Shown piece by piece: positions 13,882-22,821 of a DNA stretch of 44,512 bases. Location of the stretch: positions 1 to 44,512 of IMG/VR virus record IMGVR_UViG_3300048851_000084; one strand, 5' to 3'. A program made the position numbers and the translations under genes. Positions within the stretch are counted from its first letter, which is position 1, and the number at the start of each line of letters is the position of its first letter. Below the pieces are notes generated by a model that had not been told where the DNA came from, searched no databases, and saw nothing but the letters and a program-made list of their open reading frames with translations. Source of the DNA: a virus.

Positions 13882-15931
13882 CCAGGTACGCAAGGCCATC
13901 CGCAAGGGCTGGACACCGCCGCCACGCATCAGCGTGCCGGACTGGGCCGACCGCTTTCGCGTGTTGGCCAAGGAAGCCGGCAGCACGTCAGGCAAGTGGT
14001 CAACGGCTACGGTGGAGGTCGCACGCGGCCCCATGCTGGCCGTGACCGAACCAGGGGTGCGCACCATCACGGCGATGGTCAGCACCCAGCTACTCAAAAC
14101 GGCGATGCTGGAGAACATCACCGGCTTTTTTGCCCACCTGGACCCCTGCCCGATCCTGCTGATTCAGCCCAAGGAAGCGGCGGCCGAGCAGTTTTCCAAA
14201 GAGCGAATTTCTCCGCTGATCCGGGTCACACCGGTCCTGCGCGAGATCATGGGCAACAAGGGCAAATCGCGCTCAAGCGACGAAACGCTGCTGTACAAGG
14301 CGTTCCCGGGTGGCTTCCTGGCCCTGGCCGGTGCGGGCAGCCCCGACAACCTGGCGCGCCGCCCGATCCGGGTCGTGCTGTTCGACGAGGTCGATAAGTA
14401 CCCGATCACCCGCGAGGGCGAGCCGATCCCCATCGCCGAGGAACGCATGGCCACCTTCGGCGCTAACTCGCTGTCGGTGCGCGTCTGTTCCCCCACGGTC
14501 GACGAGGAAAGCCGGATACAGGCCAGTTACCTGGATTCGGACCAGCGCCGGGCGTCCCTGGCATGCCCAGGCTGCAACCACCGCCAGTTCCCCGACTTCC
14601 ACAAGCATGTCGTGTGGGACAAGAACGGGGCCACGCACCTGACCAAAACCGCGCGCATCTATTGCGAGGCGTGCGGGCTGGGCTGGTCCGAAGGTGACCG
14701 CCTGCAAGCGTTGACGACGGTGCGCTGGCACCAGACGCGGCCCTTCGATTGTTGTGATCAGCATGTGCTGCCGCTGGATCTGTACGAGCAGCGCCGCGCC
14801 GTCTCGGGCCTGGCCGCCGTGGATGAGGTATGGACCTGGACGCACAGCGACCGTTTTGCGGTTTACATGGCCCGGTGTCCGAAGTGCGGCGACCATCCGG
14901 TGAGCAACGAACACGCGGGTTTCCAGGCGGGGAAATTATTCAGCCCCTGGCCCAAGGACAAGCCGGCCGACATTGCCCGCAAGTGGATCACCGCCCAGGG
15001 CAACGAAGAAATGTTGCAGGTCTGGTACAACACCCAAATGGGCCTGCCCTACCGCAAACACGCGGGTAAAGAGATTCGCGTGGCGCGCCTGCTGGAGCGT
15101 CGCGAAGTGTGGGCTGCCGATATTCCCGACGGCGTCACCGTGCTGACCGTGGGCATCGACGTGCAAGCCTACCGCCTGGAATTGGAGCTGGTCGGCTGGG
15201 GCATGGATGAGGAATCGTGGTCGATTGACTATCACGTCATTGAAGGCGAGATGTCAGACCCCGAGACGCAAAAGGCCCTGGACGCTTACCTAAAGCGGAT
15301 CTGGTATCGCGCGGACGGTCGACCGTTCACCGTCAAAGCCGCGTGCATGGACTCGGGCGGTAACCATACCCAGGACGTCTACAAGTTCTGCAAGGCGCGG
15401 ATCGGTCGCAAGATATGGGCGATCAAGGGCGAGTCGGCCACCAGTGGCCAACGCAACCCGGTCTGGCCCGTCAAGAAGCCCAACAGCCGCAACAAGTCGG
15501 CCTATCGGCCGATCATGCTGGGCGTCAACGCCGGCAAGGACAGCGTGTCGCAACGCCTGCAAAAGGACGCGCCTGGCCCGGGTTACATGCACTACCCGGT
15601 CACCCGCGACCTGGGCTACTTCGAGCAGCTGACCGCCGAACGCTCGGTGGTCAAGTTCAAGGGCACCCACCGTTACCGCGTGTGGGAATTGCGCCCAGGG
15701 CGGGCCAACGAGGCGCTGGACTGTCGCGTGTACAGCTACGCGGCATTGCAGGGCCTTATTCACGCCGGCTACCGCCTCAACGCCGAAGCCATCGCCATCG
15801 CCAAGACCATTGGCCCGACGGTCGCCCGTCTGGTCGAGCCGGAACCTGTCCAGGACGTCGTCCAGGAACAGGCGGCAGCGCCTGAACCGCCGCCGATCAA
15901 ACGCCGGTCGCGCGCCAGTCGCCTGGCGTGA
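13811..15931 (+). CDS. terL: terminase large subunit, lambda gpA family (706 aa)
   Basis: GWTPPPRISVPDWADRFRVL...GKWS...PMLAVTEPGV and overall gpA-like length and layout. The start is uncertain because it overlaps terS. Confidence 0.9.
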   Translation: MSMSTSTLPSSANPRSTSTLSKTDQVRKAIRKGWTPPPRISVPDWADRFRVLAKEAGSTSGKWSTATVEVARGPMLAVTEPGVRTITAMVSTQLLKTAMLENITGFFAHLDPCPILLIQPKEAAAEQFSKERISPLIRVTPVLREIMGNKGKSRSSDETLLYKAFPGGFLALAGAGSPDNLARRPIRVVLFDEVDKYPITREGEPIPIAEERMATFGANSLSVRVCSPTVDEESRIQASYLDSDQRRASLACPGCNHRQFPDFHKHVVWDKNGATHLTKTARIYCEACGLGWSEGDRLQALTTVRWHQTRPFDCCDQHVLPLDLYEQRRAVSGLAAVDEVWTWTHSDRFAVYMARCPKCGDHPVSNEHAGFQAGKLFSPWPKDKPADIARKWITAQGNEEMLQVWYNTQMGLPYRKHAGKEIRVARLLERREVWAADIPDGVTVLTVGIDVQAYRLELELVGWGMDEESWSIDYHVIEGEMSDPETQKALDAYLKRIWYRADGRPFTVKAACMDSGGNHTQDVYKFCKARIGRKIWAIKGESATSGQRNPVWPVKKPNSRNKSAYRPIMLGVNAGKDSVSQRLQKDAPGPGYMHYPVTRDLGYFEQLTAERSVVKFKGTHRYRVWELRPGRANEALDCRVYSYAALQGLIHAGYRLNAEAIAIAKTIGPTVARLVEPEPVQDVVQEQAAAPEPPPIKRRSRASRLA

Positions 15932-15939
15932 CTGGTCAC
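15928..15939. repeat. GTGAC-TG-GTCAC palindrome containing the terL stop codon
   Basis: Read directly from the sequence. Confidence 0.9.
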
Positions 15940-15949
15940 ACAACCATAA

Positions 15950-15971
15950 GCCCGCCCCGTGCGGGTTTTTT
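15950..15971 (+). terminator. Terminator-like hairpin after terL
   Basis: GCCCGC-cccgt-GCGGG-T6. Confidence 0.55.
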
Positions 15972-15984
15972 ATTGGGGGCCTTT

Positions 15985-16254
15985 ATGCGCCGTTCTTCTT
16001 CACCTTCGGTCAGCCTGCTGGCCGGTCGGCCGGTTGCCCAGCTGCAAAGCGACCTGGCAGCCGCGCAACAGGCCTATATCGAATTGTCGACCGGGGCCAA
16101 GGTGGCAAACGCCACCTACGCCCAGGGCGCGGGCAGTCGTTCGGTCAGCTACAGCCAGGCCGATATCGGCGCTGTGCAAGTGCTGATCCGTACCCTGCAA
16201 CAGCAACTGGGCATCGTTGACCGTGCCCGCGCTCCCATTCGGCCGGTGTTCTGA
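15985..16254 (+). CDS. gpW-like head-tail joining protein (89 aa)
   Basis: LQSDLAAAQQAYIELSTGAKVANATY...SVSYSQADIGAVQVLIRTLQQQLG parallels lambda gpW; sits between terL and the portal gene. Confidence 0.65.
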   Translation: MRRSSSPSVSLLAGRPVAQLQSDLAAAQQAYIELSTGAKVANATYAQGAGSRSVSYSQADIGAVQVLIRTLQQQLGIVDRARAPIRPVF

Positions 16255-17912
16255 TGGATCCTGTACGCATTCTGGGCGCGAATGGCCAGCCGCTGCCGCC
16301 AATGCAGCCGAGCAAAGCCAAGGCCCTGGCCCAGGGCAGTAACACGCCGTATGACGCGGCCAGCTACGTCGGCGAACACGTCGCCGATTGGAATCCCTAC
16401 CTCGCCTCGCCTGACGGCGAACGCAACATGTACCGCGACCGGATCACCGCCCGTTCGCGTGACCTGGTGCGCAATGACGGCTGGGCATCGGGCGCGGTGA
16501 CGCGGATCCTGGATAACCAAATCGGCGGCAACTTCCGGCCGATGTTCAAGCCCGATTACAAGGCCCTGGCCTTGCGCACGGGCATCAAGGCCTTCGACTC
16601 AACCTGGGCCCATGAATATGCCCAGGTGTTGGCCGCCAACTTCCGCACCTGGTCGGAGGGGCCAGGCCACTACGCGGACGCCCAGCGGCATCAAACATTG
16701 GTGCAGCTGATGCGCCTGGCCTTCCGCCACAAGCTGATCGACGGCGACGCCCTGGCCCAATTGCTCTGGCTGCCGGAGCGCATGGGACCAGGCCGGGCCA
16801 GCTACGCCACCACGGTGCAGCTGATCGACCCCGACCGCCTGTCTAACCCGCAACTGGTGTTTGATTCGCAGACCATGCGCGGCGGCGTCGTCGTCGACCA
16901 GTACGGCGCGGCCGAGGGTTACTACATCCGCCGCGCGCATCAAGGCGACTGGTGGTCCGCCGCCGAGAGCCAGACGTGGGACCTGATCCCCCGAGAAACA
17001 TCGTGGGGCCGGCCGATCATCGTGCATGACTACGACCCGGACCGGGCGGGCCAGCACAAGGGCGGCACGGGGATTTTTACCCCCATCCTGACCCGTATGA
17101 AAATGCTGGCCAAGATGGACGGCGTCGAGCTGGATGCGGCCGTGGTAAACGCGGTGTTCGGCGCATACATCGAGAGCCCCTACGACCACACGCTGGTCGA
17201 GGAAGCCCTGGGCGACAACGTGGACACCGGGCTGTCGGCCTACCAGACCGACCGCGCCGAGTTTCACAAGGAGCGCCGCACCGCCCTGGGCGGCGTGCGG
17301 GTGCCGATTCTGTTTCCTGGCGAGAAAATCAACGCGGTCGCCTCAACCCGGCCGAACGCGAATTTCGCCGGGTTTCAAAGCACCTTCCTACGCAACTTCG
17401 CCCAGCAAACCGGCCTGGCCCCGCAACAGCTGTCGGGCAACTACAGCGACGCCAACTATTCCAGCCTGCGCGCCGCGCTGCTGGATGCTTACAAAACCAT
17501 GGGTCGCCGGCACTACGACTACAGCCACCGCTTTGCTAACCCGATTGCCAACGGCTGGCACGAGGAAAGCCGCGACGTGGACGCCTACCCGCTGCCCCGG
17601 GGTGCGCCGGAGTTTGCCCTGTGCCGCGCCGAATACGGCCGCATGATCTGGATGCGGCCGCCACGCGGCTGGGTGGATCCGGTGGCTGAGAAACAAGGCG
17701 CGGTCCTGGGCATGGACGCGGGCCTGTCTACGCTGCAACACGAAACCCAGGAACAGGATCTGGACTACGAGGAAGTGCTGGAGCAGCGCGCCCGCGAAAT
17801 CGCCAAGTTCGAGTCCCTGGGCATGATCCCACCGACCTGGGCGGGTATGCAGGTTTACCAAAACCAGCCCGTGCCCGCCAACCAGGTCGCCACCAAACCG
17901 GAGCCGCAATAA
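16254..17912 (+). CDS. portal protein, lambda gpB family (552 aa)
   Basis: Size, position and TGATG coupling; lambda-type portal layout. Confidence 0.85.
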   Translation: MDPVRILGANGQPLPPMQPSKAKALAQGSNTPYDAASYVGEHVADWNPYLASPDGERNMYRDRITARSRDLVRNDGWASGAVTRILDNQIGGNFRPMFKPDYKALALRTGIKAFDSTWAHEYAQVLAANFRTWSEGPGHYADAQRHQTLVQLMRLAFRHKLIDGDALAQLLWLPERMGPGRASYATTVQLIDPDRLSNPQLVFDSQTMRGGVVVDQYGAAEGYYIRRAHQGDWWSAAESQTWDLIPRETSWGRPIIVHDYDPDRAGQHKGGTGIFTPILTRMKMLAKMDGVELDAAVVNAVFGAYIESPYDHTLVEEALGDNVDTGLSAYQTDRAEFHKERRTALGGVRVPILFPGEKINAVASTRPNANFAGFQSTFLRNFAQQTGLAPQQLSGNYSDANYSSLRAALLDAYKTMGRRHYDYSHRFANPIANGWHEESRDVDAYPLPRGAPEFALCRAEYGRMIWMRPPRGWVDPVAEKQGAVLGMDAGLSTLQHETQEQDLDYEEVLEQRAREIAKFESLGMIPPTWAGMQVYQNQPVPANQVATKPEPQ

Positions 17913-18793
17913 TGCAGTTTGGCCACCTGGCGCAACGCATGTTTAACACCCCCGTGGCCATCCGCCCGGAAAAGGCCGAGGTGATCATGGCCGCCCTGGC
18001 CGAACGCATGGGCGTTTCGTCCATGCGCTACCTGGGCGGCGATTCGATCAGCCTGGCAAAGCCGCTGATGATGAGCGACGACGCCTACGACTACGGCCCG
18101 CGCGACCTCAACGAGAAGGGTTACGACGTCGCCGGCAACGTCGCAGTGATCCCCATTCACGGCACCTTAGTGCAGAAGCTGGGCACGCTGCGGCCTTACT
18201 CGGGTATGACCGGTTATGACGGCATTCGCCAGGCGTTCCTGACGGCGCTGTATGACCCCGAGGTTAAAGCCATTGTCCTGGACGTGGATTCACCAGGCGG
18301 TGAGGTCGCCGGGTGTTTCGACCTGGCCGACGTGATCTACAACGCCCGGGACGAAAAGCCGATCTGGTCGATTCTCAACGAGTCGGCCTACTCGGCCGCC
18401 TATGCGCTGGCCAGCTCGGCGCACCGCATCGTCGTGCCCCGCACGGGTGGCGTGGGCTCGATTGGCGTGATCTGCATGCACGTCGACATGAGCAAGGCGC
18501 TAACCACGGCCGGGCTACAGGTGACGTTCATCACCTACGGCGACCGCAAGGCCGACGGGCATTCGGAAATCGCCCTGTCGCCCGAGGCGCTGGCCGCGTT
18601 CCAGGGCGATATCGACACCATGGGCGAGCTGTTTGTGGACACCGTGGCCCGCAACCTGGGTCAGTCGGCCAGCAAGATCAAAGCCACCCAGGCCGGCACC
18701 TTCCTCGGCGCCCGTGGCGTCGCCATGAACCTGGCCCACGAAGTCGCGGCGCCCGATGCCGCTTTCCGCTCGCTGATTGCACAGCTGGCATAA
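17912..18793 (+). CDS. head maturation protease, S49/ClpP-like (gpC-like, 293 aa)
   Basis: VLDVDSPGGEVAG motif typical of the S49 (SppA) family. Confidence 0.85.
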   Translation: MQFGHLAQRMFNTPVAIRPEKAEVIMAALAERMGVSSMRYLGGDSISLAKPLMMSDDAYDYGPRDLNEKGYDVAGNVAVIPIHGTLVQKLGTLRPYSGMTGYDGIRQAFLTALYDPEVKAIVLDVDSPGGEVAGCFDLADVIYNARDEKPIWSILNESAYSAAYALASSAHRIVVPRTGGVGSIGVICMHVDMSKALTTAGLQVTFITYGDRKADGHSEIALSPEALAAFQGDIDTMGELFVDTVARNLGQSASKIKATQAGTFLGARGVAMNLAHEVAAPDAAFRSLIAQLA

Positions 18794-18816
18794 CCCCCCG
18801 ATCAAGGAATCATCCC

Positions 18817-19401
18817 GTGCCTACTAAAACCATGTCCTTTGCCCACCTGCTGGGCCTGGCCAAGCGTGCCGCGAAAGCCTCCGACGATGACGACGACCAG
18901 GCGCGCCGCGCCGAGGGTCCGCTGGACGATGACCCGGCCGACCAACAGAACGCCAAAGGCCGCAAGGCAGAAGGCGACGATGACGACGATCTGAACCCCG
19001 AAGGGGAAGACGACGACGCCGAGCCCAAGGGCAAGAAGGCCAAAGGCAAGAAAGCCGACGACGACGAGAAGCCCGACGAAAGCGCCGAGGAAGACGACGA
19101 CGACGCGCCCAAGGCGGTGCGCGCTGATCGTCAGCGTTGCGCGGCCATCATGGCGTTTGGTCTGGCCCACGGCTGCGCCGAACAGGCGGGCGTCCTGGCG
19201 TTTGAGACCAACATGGGCAAAAAGGCCGCGCTTAACGTACTCAAGGCGGGCGGCAGTCGCAGCACCCAAGCCCCTGCGGCGAGCCTGGGCAATCGCATGT
19301 CCAAGCTCAACCACGCCCAGGTCGGCCCCGAGGGCGGCGGTGGTCAATTGCCGCCAGGCATGTCGACCATCGCGGCCGGCATCATCAAAGCCGGGCAATA
19401 A
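18817..19401 (+). CDS. scaffolding protein candidate, highly acidic (about 194 aa; alternative ATG at 18832)
   Basis: AAGGA RBS then GTG. D/E/K-rich low-complexity N-terminal half. The upstream part of track ORF 18313..19401 overlaps the protease gene in another frame. Confidence 0.55.
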   Translation: MPTKTMSFAHLLGLAKRAAKASDDDDDQARRAEGPLDDDPADQQNAKGRKAEGDDDDDLNPEGEDDDAEPKGKKAKGKKADDDEKPDESAEEDDDDAPKAVRADRQRCAAIMAFGLAHGCAEQAGVLAFETNMGKKAALNVLKAGGSRSTQAPAASLGNRMSKLNHAQVGPEGGGGQLPPGMSTIAAGIIKAGQ

Positions 19402-19438
19402 GCCGGCATCACCCACCCCCTTGTAACTGGAACGGATC

Positions 19439-20128
19439 ATGTCCCTGACCCCCACTGTGATGGGCGATAACGCCCAAGTCCCTGGAATTTCCGCTGTCGC
19501 TTACCGCCCTGATCAGCTCATTGCCGATTCGCGCACCCTGATCAGCGACATGGTCGTATTGGGTGCCGGCACCTACAAACGCGGCCAGGTCTTCGGCCTG
19601 GTGTCCGTCGCGGCCGTAGAGGCGGCGCCAGGCGCGGCCAACGTCGGTAACGGCAGCGTCGGTGCCCTGGCGAGCAAATCGCAGAACACCGGCGCGTATA
19701 CGCTGACCGCGACCAGCGCGACCGAGTTTGCGGTGGCCAGCCCCGAAGGCGTCGCCCTGGGCGTCGCTACGGTCGGTGCCGCGTTTACCAGCGCCGACAT
19801 CGCCCTGACCGTCTCGGCCGGTGCGACTGCCTTTGCACCTGGCGACGTGTTCACCGTGACCGTGTTCGATGCGGCCGGCATCTATGTGCCGAGCGTGCGC
19901 ACCGCCACCGACGGCAGCCAGGACGCCAGCGCGATCCTGGCCGACGACGTCACCCTGGCGGTGCCGGGCAAGGTCGGCGCGTACTTCGCCGGCGAATTCA
20001 ACCTTAACGCGTTGATTCACGATGCCAGCTGGTCGCCGTCGTTGCTCGCCGCTTCCCTGCGCAAACACGGGATCTACGCGAAATCGTCGATCAGCGCGGC
20101 GGCCCCGTTGAACAACTCGGCGCCGTAA
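19439..20128 (+). CDS. head decoration protein, gpD-like with a central insertion (229 aa)
   Basis: LIADSRTLISDMVVLGAGTYKRGQVFG and the C-terminal AILADDVTLAVPGKVGAYFAGEFN resemble gpD family ends; sits directly before the major capsid gene. Confidence 0.55.
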   Translation: MSLTPTVMGDNAQVPGISAVAYRPDQLIADSRTLISDMVVLGAGTYKRGQVFGLVSVAAVEAAPGAANVGNGSVGALASKSQNTGAYTLTATSATEFAVASPEGVALGVATVGAAFTSADIALTVSAGATAFAPGDVFTVTVFDAAGIYVPSVRTATDGSQDASAILADDVTLAVPGKVGAYFAGEFNLNALIHDASWSPSLLAASLRKHGIYAKSSISAAAPLNNSAP

Positions 20129-20146
20129 CGTCCGCCCCACCTTCCA

Positions 20147-20169
20147 GCCCGCCCCGCGCGGGTTTTTTT
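20147..20169 (+). terminator. Terminator-like hairpin 1 between the decoration and capsid genes
   Basis: CCCGC-cccgc-GCGGG-T7. Confidence 0.6.
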
Positions 20170-20187
20170 CTGCCTGAGATTCGCCAC

Positions 20188-20213
20188 AAGCCCGCCGCCG
20201 TGCGGGCTTTTTT
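20188..20213 (+). terminator. Terminator-like hairpin 2 between the decoration and capsid genes
   Basis: AAGCCCGC-cgccgt-GCGGGCTT-T4. Confidence 0.6.
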
Positions 20214-20242
20214 GTGGCCGCTCGCTTTGCTTTGGAGTCGTC

Positions 20243-21340
20243 ATGCCTGACGCGAACACCCCGAACCTTGCGTTTACCACGGTCGACCTGATCCAGGTCG
20301 TGCCTACCCTGAAACGGCCGACCAAGTTTTTGCTAGACCGTTTTTTCCCGCAAATTCAGGTTTCCGAAACTGAATACGTGGCCATCGACATCGACGTGGG
20401 CAAGCGCCGTATCGCCCCGTTTGTCAGCCCCCTGGTCGAGGGCAAGCTAGTCGAGCAGCGCGGCCGTCAGCTCAACCTGTACAAGCCGCCGTACATCAAG
20501 GACAAGCGCGCCCCGGATCTGCGCAAACCGGTCATGCGCCAGATCGGCGAGCGCATCGGTGGCGGTCAGCTCAAGGGCGCCGAGCGCGAAATGGCCAACA
20601 TCAATTTCGAGCTGAACGACCAGATCGACATGATCGACCGTCGTATGGAATGGATGGCCGCGTGTGCGCTGCAAACCGGGCAAATCATCGTCGAGGGTGA
20701 AGGCTTTCCCACTGAGGTGATCGACTTCGGCCGTGACCCGTCACTGACCGTCGCGCTGACCGGCAACAAGCAATGGGGCGTGCCGGCGAACTTCGACGAG
20801 AACGGGTTTGACCCGATCCCGCAAAAGTCGATTGAGCGCTGGCAGCAACGCATTCTGCGCCTGTCGGGTGCCCAGGCCACTGACCTGGTGTTTACGACCA
20901 GTTCCTGGGAATGCTTCATCAACGGTTCGGCGATGCAAGGCGCGATCAAGTTTCCAGCGCTCAACACGGCCGGCAACACCATCAACCCGGGCGCGCAAAT
21001 CGCACCAGGCGCCGTTTACAAAGGCAAATGGGGCCAGTACGACCTGTGGATTTACAACGAGTGGTTCGTTGACGAGGACGGCGTAGAACAGCCGATGCTG
21101 GAAGACGGCAGCGTGCTGATGTGCGGTCCCGACCTGATGGGCATTCGCGCCTTCGGCATGATCATGGACCCGGCTTTCAATTACGAAAGCATGGCCTACG
21201 CGCCTAAAACCTGGCTGCGCGAGGATCCGGGCCAACGCATGATGATGATGCAAGCCTCCCCCCTGGTGATCCCTTCCCGCGTTAACGCTTCGCTGTGCGC
21301 CGTTGTCTGCGCGCCCCTGCCTGATCTGGAGAACGAATAA
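20243..21340 (+). CDS. major capsid protein, lambda gpE family (365 aa)
   Basis: N-terminal FTTVDLIQVVPTLKRPTKFLLDRFFPQ...IDIDVGKRRIAPFVSP is characteristic of Phage_cap_E. Confidence 0.85.
   Translation: MPDANTPNLAFTTVDLIQVVPTLKRPTKFLLDRFFPQIQVSETEYVAIDIDVGKRRIAPFVSPLVEGKLVEQRGRQLNLYKPPYIKDKRAPDLRKPVMRQIGERIGGGQLKGAEREMANINFELNDQIDMIDRRMEWMAACALQTGQIIVEGEGFPTEVIDFGRDPSLTVALTGNKQWGVPANFDENGFDPIPQKSIERWQQRILRLSGAQATDLVFTTSSWECFINGSAMQGAIKFPALNTAGNTINPGAQIAPGAVYKGKWGQYDLWIYNEWFVDEDGVEQPMLEDGSVLMCGPDLMGIRAFGMIMDPAFNYESMAYAPKTWLREDPGQRMMMMQASPLVIPSRVNASLCAVVCAPLPDLENE
20733..20744. repeat. GTGAC-CC-GTCAC palindrome (13-mer CGTGACCCGTCAC)
   Basis: Inside the capsid gene; encodes RDPS. Confidence 0.9.
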
Positions 21341-21564
21341 TGACCGCTGCCGCTAAGAAGGCCACCGAAGGCAAGTCCGTGGCTCGCCTGGTTGCGCCAG
21401 GTCGAACCGTTGTCGGCAACGACGGCAAGTCTGTCGGCCCAGGCACTAAGGTCTGGATCCTCGACACGGACGTGGAGCGCCTGACCCGCCTGGGTTACCT
21501 GGTGGACCCGGAAGCCAAGCCGATGAAACGTCGCGGCCCGGCCACGTTGAACGACCTGGGCTGA
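21340..21564 (+). CDS. hypothetical head-module protein (74 aa)
   Basis: TAATG-coupled ORF. Confidence 0.45.
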   Translation: MTAAAKKATEGKSVARLVAPGRTVVGNDGKSVGPGTKVWILDTDVERLTRLGYLVDPEAKPMKRRGPATLNDLG

Positions 21565-21900
21565 TTGGCGCTCGACTTCGACCGACTGTTGCATGCCCCG
21601 ATCAGCGCCATTTTTGGCGAGTCGGGGCATGGTGCAGACCTGCCGGTCTACCTCCCGCAAAGCGGTGCGCCCTACCCCGTCGACGGGATTTTTGACAACG
21701 CCTACACGGAACCCGACCTGATTTCGGGACTGTCACCTAACACCGTCGAAAACGTGTTTGGCGCAAGCCTGGCCCAGTTCCAGGCCGCGCCGATCCAGGG
21801 CGACCGGATCACCATCACCCGCCTGGGCAAAACTTACCTGGTGCGCGACGTGCAACCGGATGGCCACGGCTGGCTCTTACTCAAGCTGAACGAACAATGA
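21565..21900 (+). CDS. putative head-tail connector/adaptor protein (111 aa)
   Basis: TTG start directly after the upstream stop; called from position and size only. Confidence 0.45.
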   Translation: MALDFDRLLHAPISAIFGESGHGADLPVYLPQSGAPYPVDGIFDNAYTEPDLISGLSPNTVENVFGASLAQFQAAPIQGDRITITRLGKTYLVRDVQPDGHGWLLLKLNEQ

Positions 21901-22532
21901 CCCAAACCGCTGAGCTGTTGGCCCTGGCTGTGGATGCCCTGAAAGGGGCGACCCTGGCCGGGGATCGGGTCTATTCGGCCCTGAACTGGCCGACCACGGC
22001 CGTGCAATACCCCATGATCTATTGCAAGACCCCGACCGAGGACAAGGAGTCGCTAAGCCGCAACGGCGCGCCGAGTTTTAACGTGACCGTCACGCTCAAG
22101 GTCGAGGCCCGCGCGGAGCTGGGCGCCCTGCCCAACGGCCAAAGCGCCGCCCTGCTGGAGCGTCAACTGGCGCTGCTGGGCCAGCAAATTCAGGTCGCGT
22201 TGATCAACAACCCGGCCTTGATGGGCAAGCTGCAACAGATCCCGTTTATCCGCACCGAAATGCGCACCACCGATGCCGCCAATAAGGAAATCGGAGAAAT
22301 CGAGGTGGCCATCGGGCTGGAGTTCTTCCAAAGCGGCGAGGACTTCTACCCGTTGCCGAGCTGGCCCCTGGAAACCCTGGCCATCACCGGCGACCTGCGC
22401 AACGTCTTCGACCCGTCCGGCACCTACCCCGAGTCGGCATTCCCCGATTCAGTCACTGAGGCACCACGCACCAGCGGGCCAGATGGCCGCGCCGAGGCGG
22501 GCCTGTTTATCACACTCAATTCTGAGGCTTGA
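21897..22532 (+). CDS. putative head-tail / tail completion protein (211 aa)
   Basis: ATGA coupling; called from position only. Confidence 0.45.
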   Translation: MTQTAELLALAVDALKGATLAGDRVYSALNWPTTAVQYPMIYCKTPTEDKESLSRNGAPSFNVTVTLKVEARAELGALPNGQSAALLERQLALLGQQIQVALINNPALMGKLQQIPFIRTEMRTTDAANKEIGEIEVAIGLEFFQSGEDFYPLPSWPLETLAITGDLRNVFDPSGTYPESAFPDSVTEAPRTSGPDGRAEAGLFITLNSEA

Positions 22533-22536
22533 CCCC

Positions 22537-22821
22537 ATGCGAGTTTTTCCAGTCCCTGGGCTGCCCCTGCGCGACCCGGTAAAGGGCGACTTTGTCCCCG
22601 ACGAAGGCCGCGAGGTCGCCGATTCGCCCTACTGGCGCCGGCGCTTGCTGTGCCAGGACGCCAGCTTGAACGCGCCGAAGACCACCCCGACGAGCGCCCA
22701 AGCGGCGCCGGTGGTGGTGATCGAGGACGTGACCGAGGTTGCGCCGGCACAAGCCGACGACACCGCCCTGGCGACCGATGACAGCGATTTGGTTGTGGCT
22801 GACGGAGACAACGCCCAATGA
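22537..22821 (+). CDS. DUF2635-like protein found upstream of Mu-type sheath genes (94 aa)
   Basis: MRVFPVPGLPLRDPVKGDFVPDEGREVADSPYWRRRL matches the pattern I recall for that family. Confidence 0.55.
   Translation: MRVFPVPGLPLRDPVKGDFVPDEGREVADSPYWRRRLLCQDASLNAPKTTPTSAQAAPVVVIEDVTEVAPAQADDTALATDDSDLVVADGDNAQ

Noticed and set aside
18313-18816. Upstream 168 codons of track ORF 18313..19401.
   Set aside because: This part overlaps the S49 protease gene in another frame and is Arg/Gly/Pro-rich. A proper RBS plus GTG/ATG at 18817/18832 begins the acidic scaffold-like protein after the protease stop.
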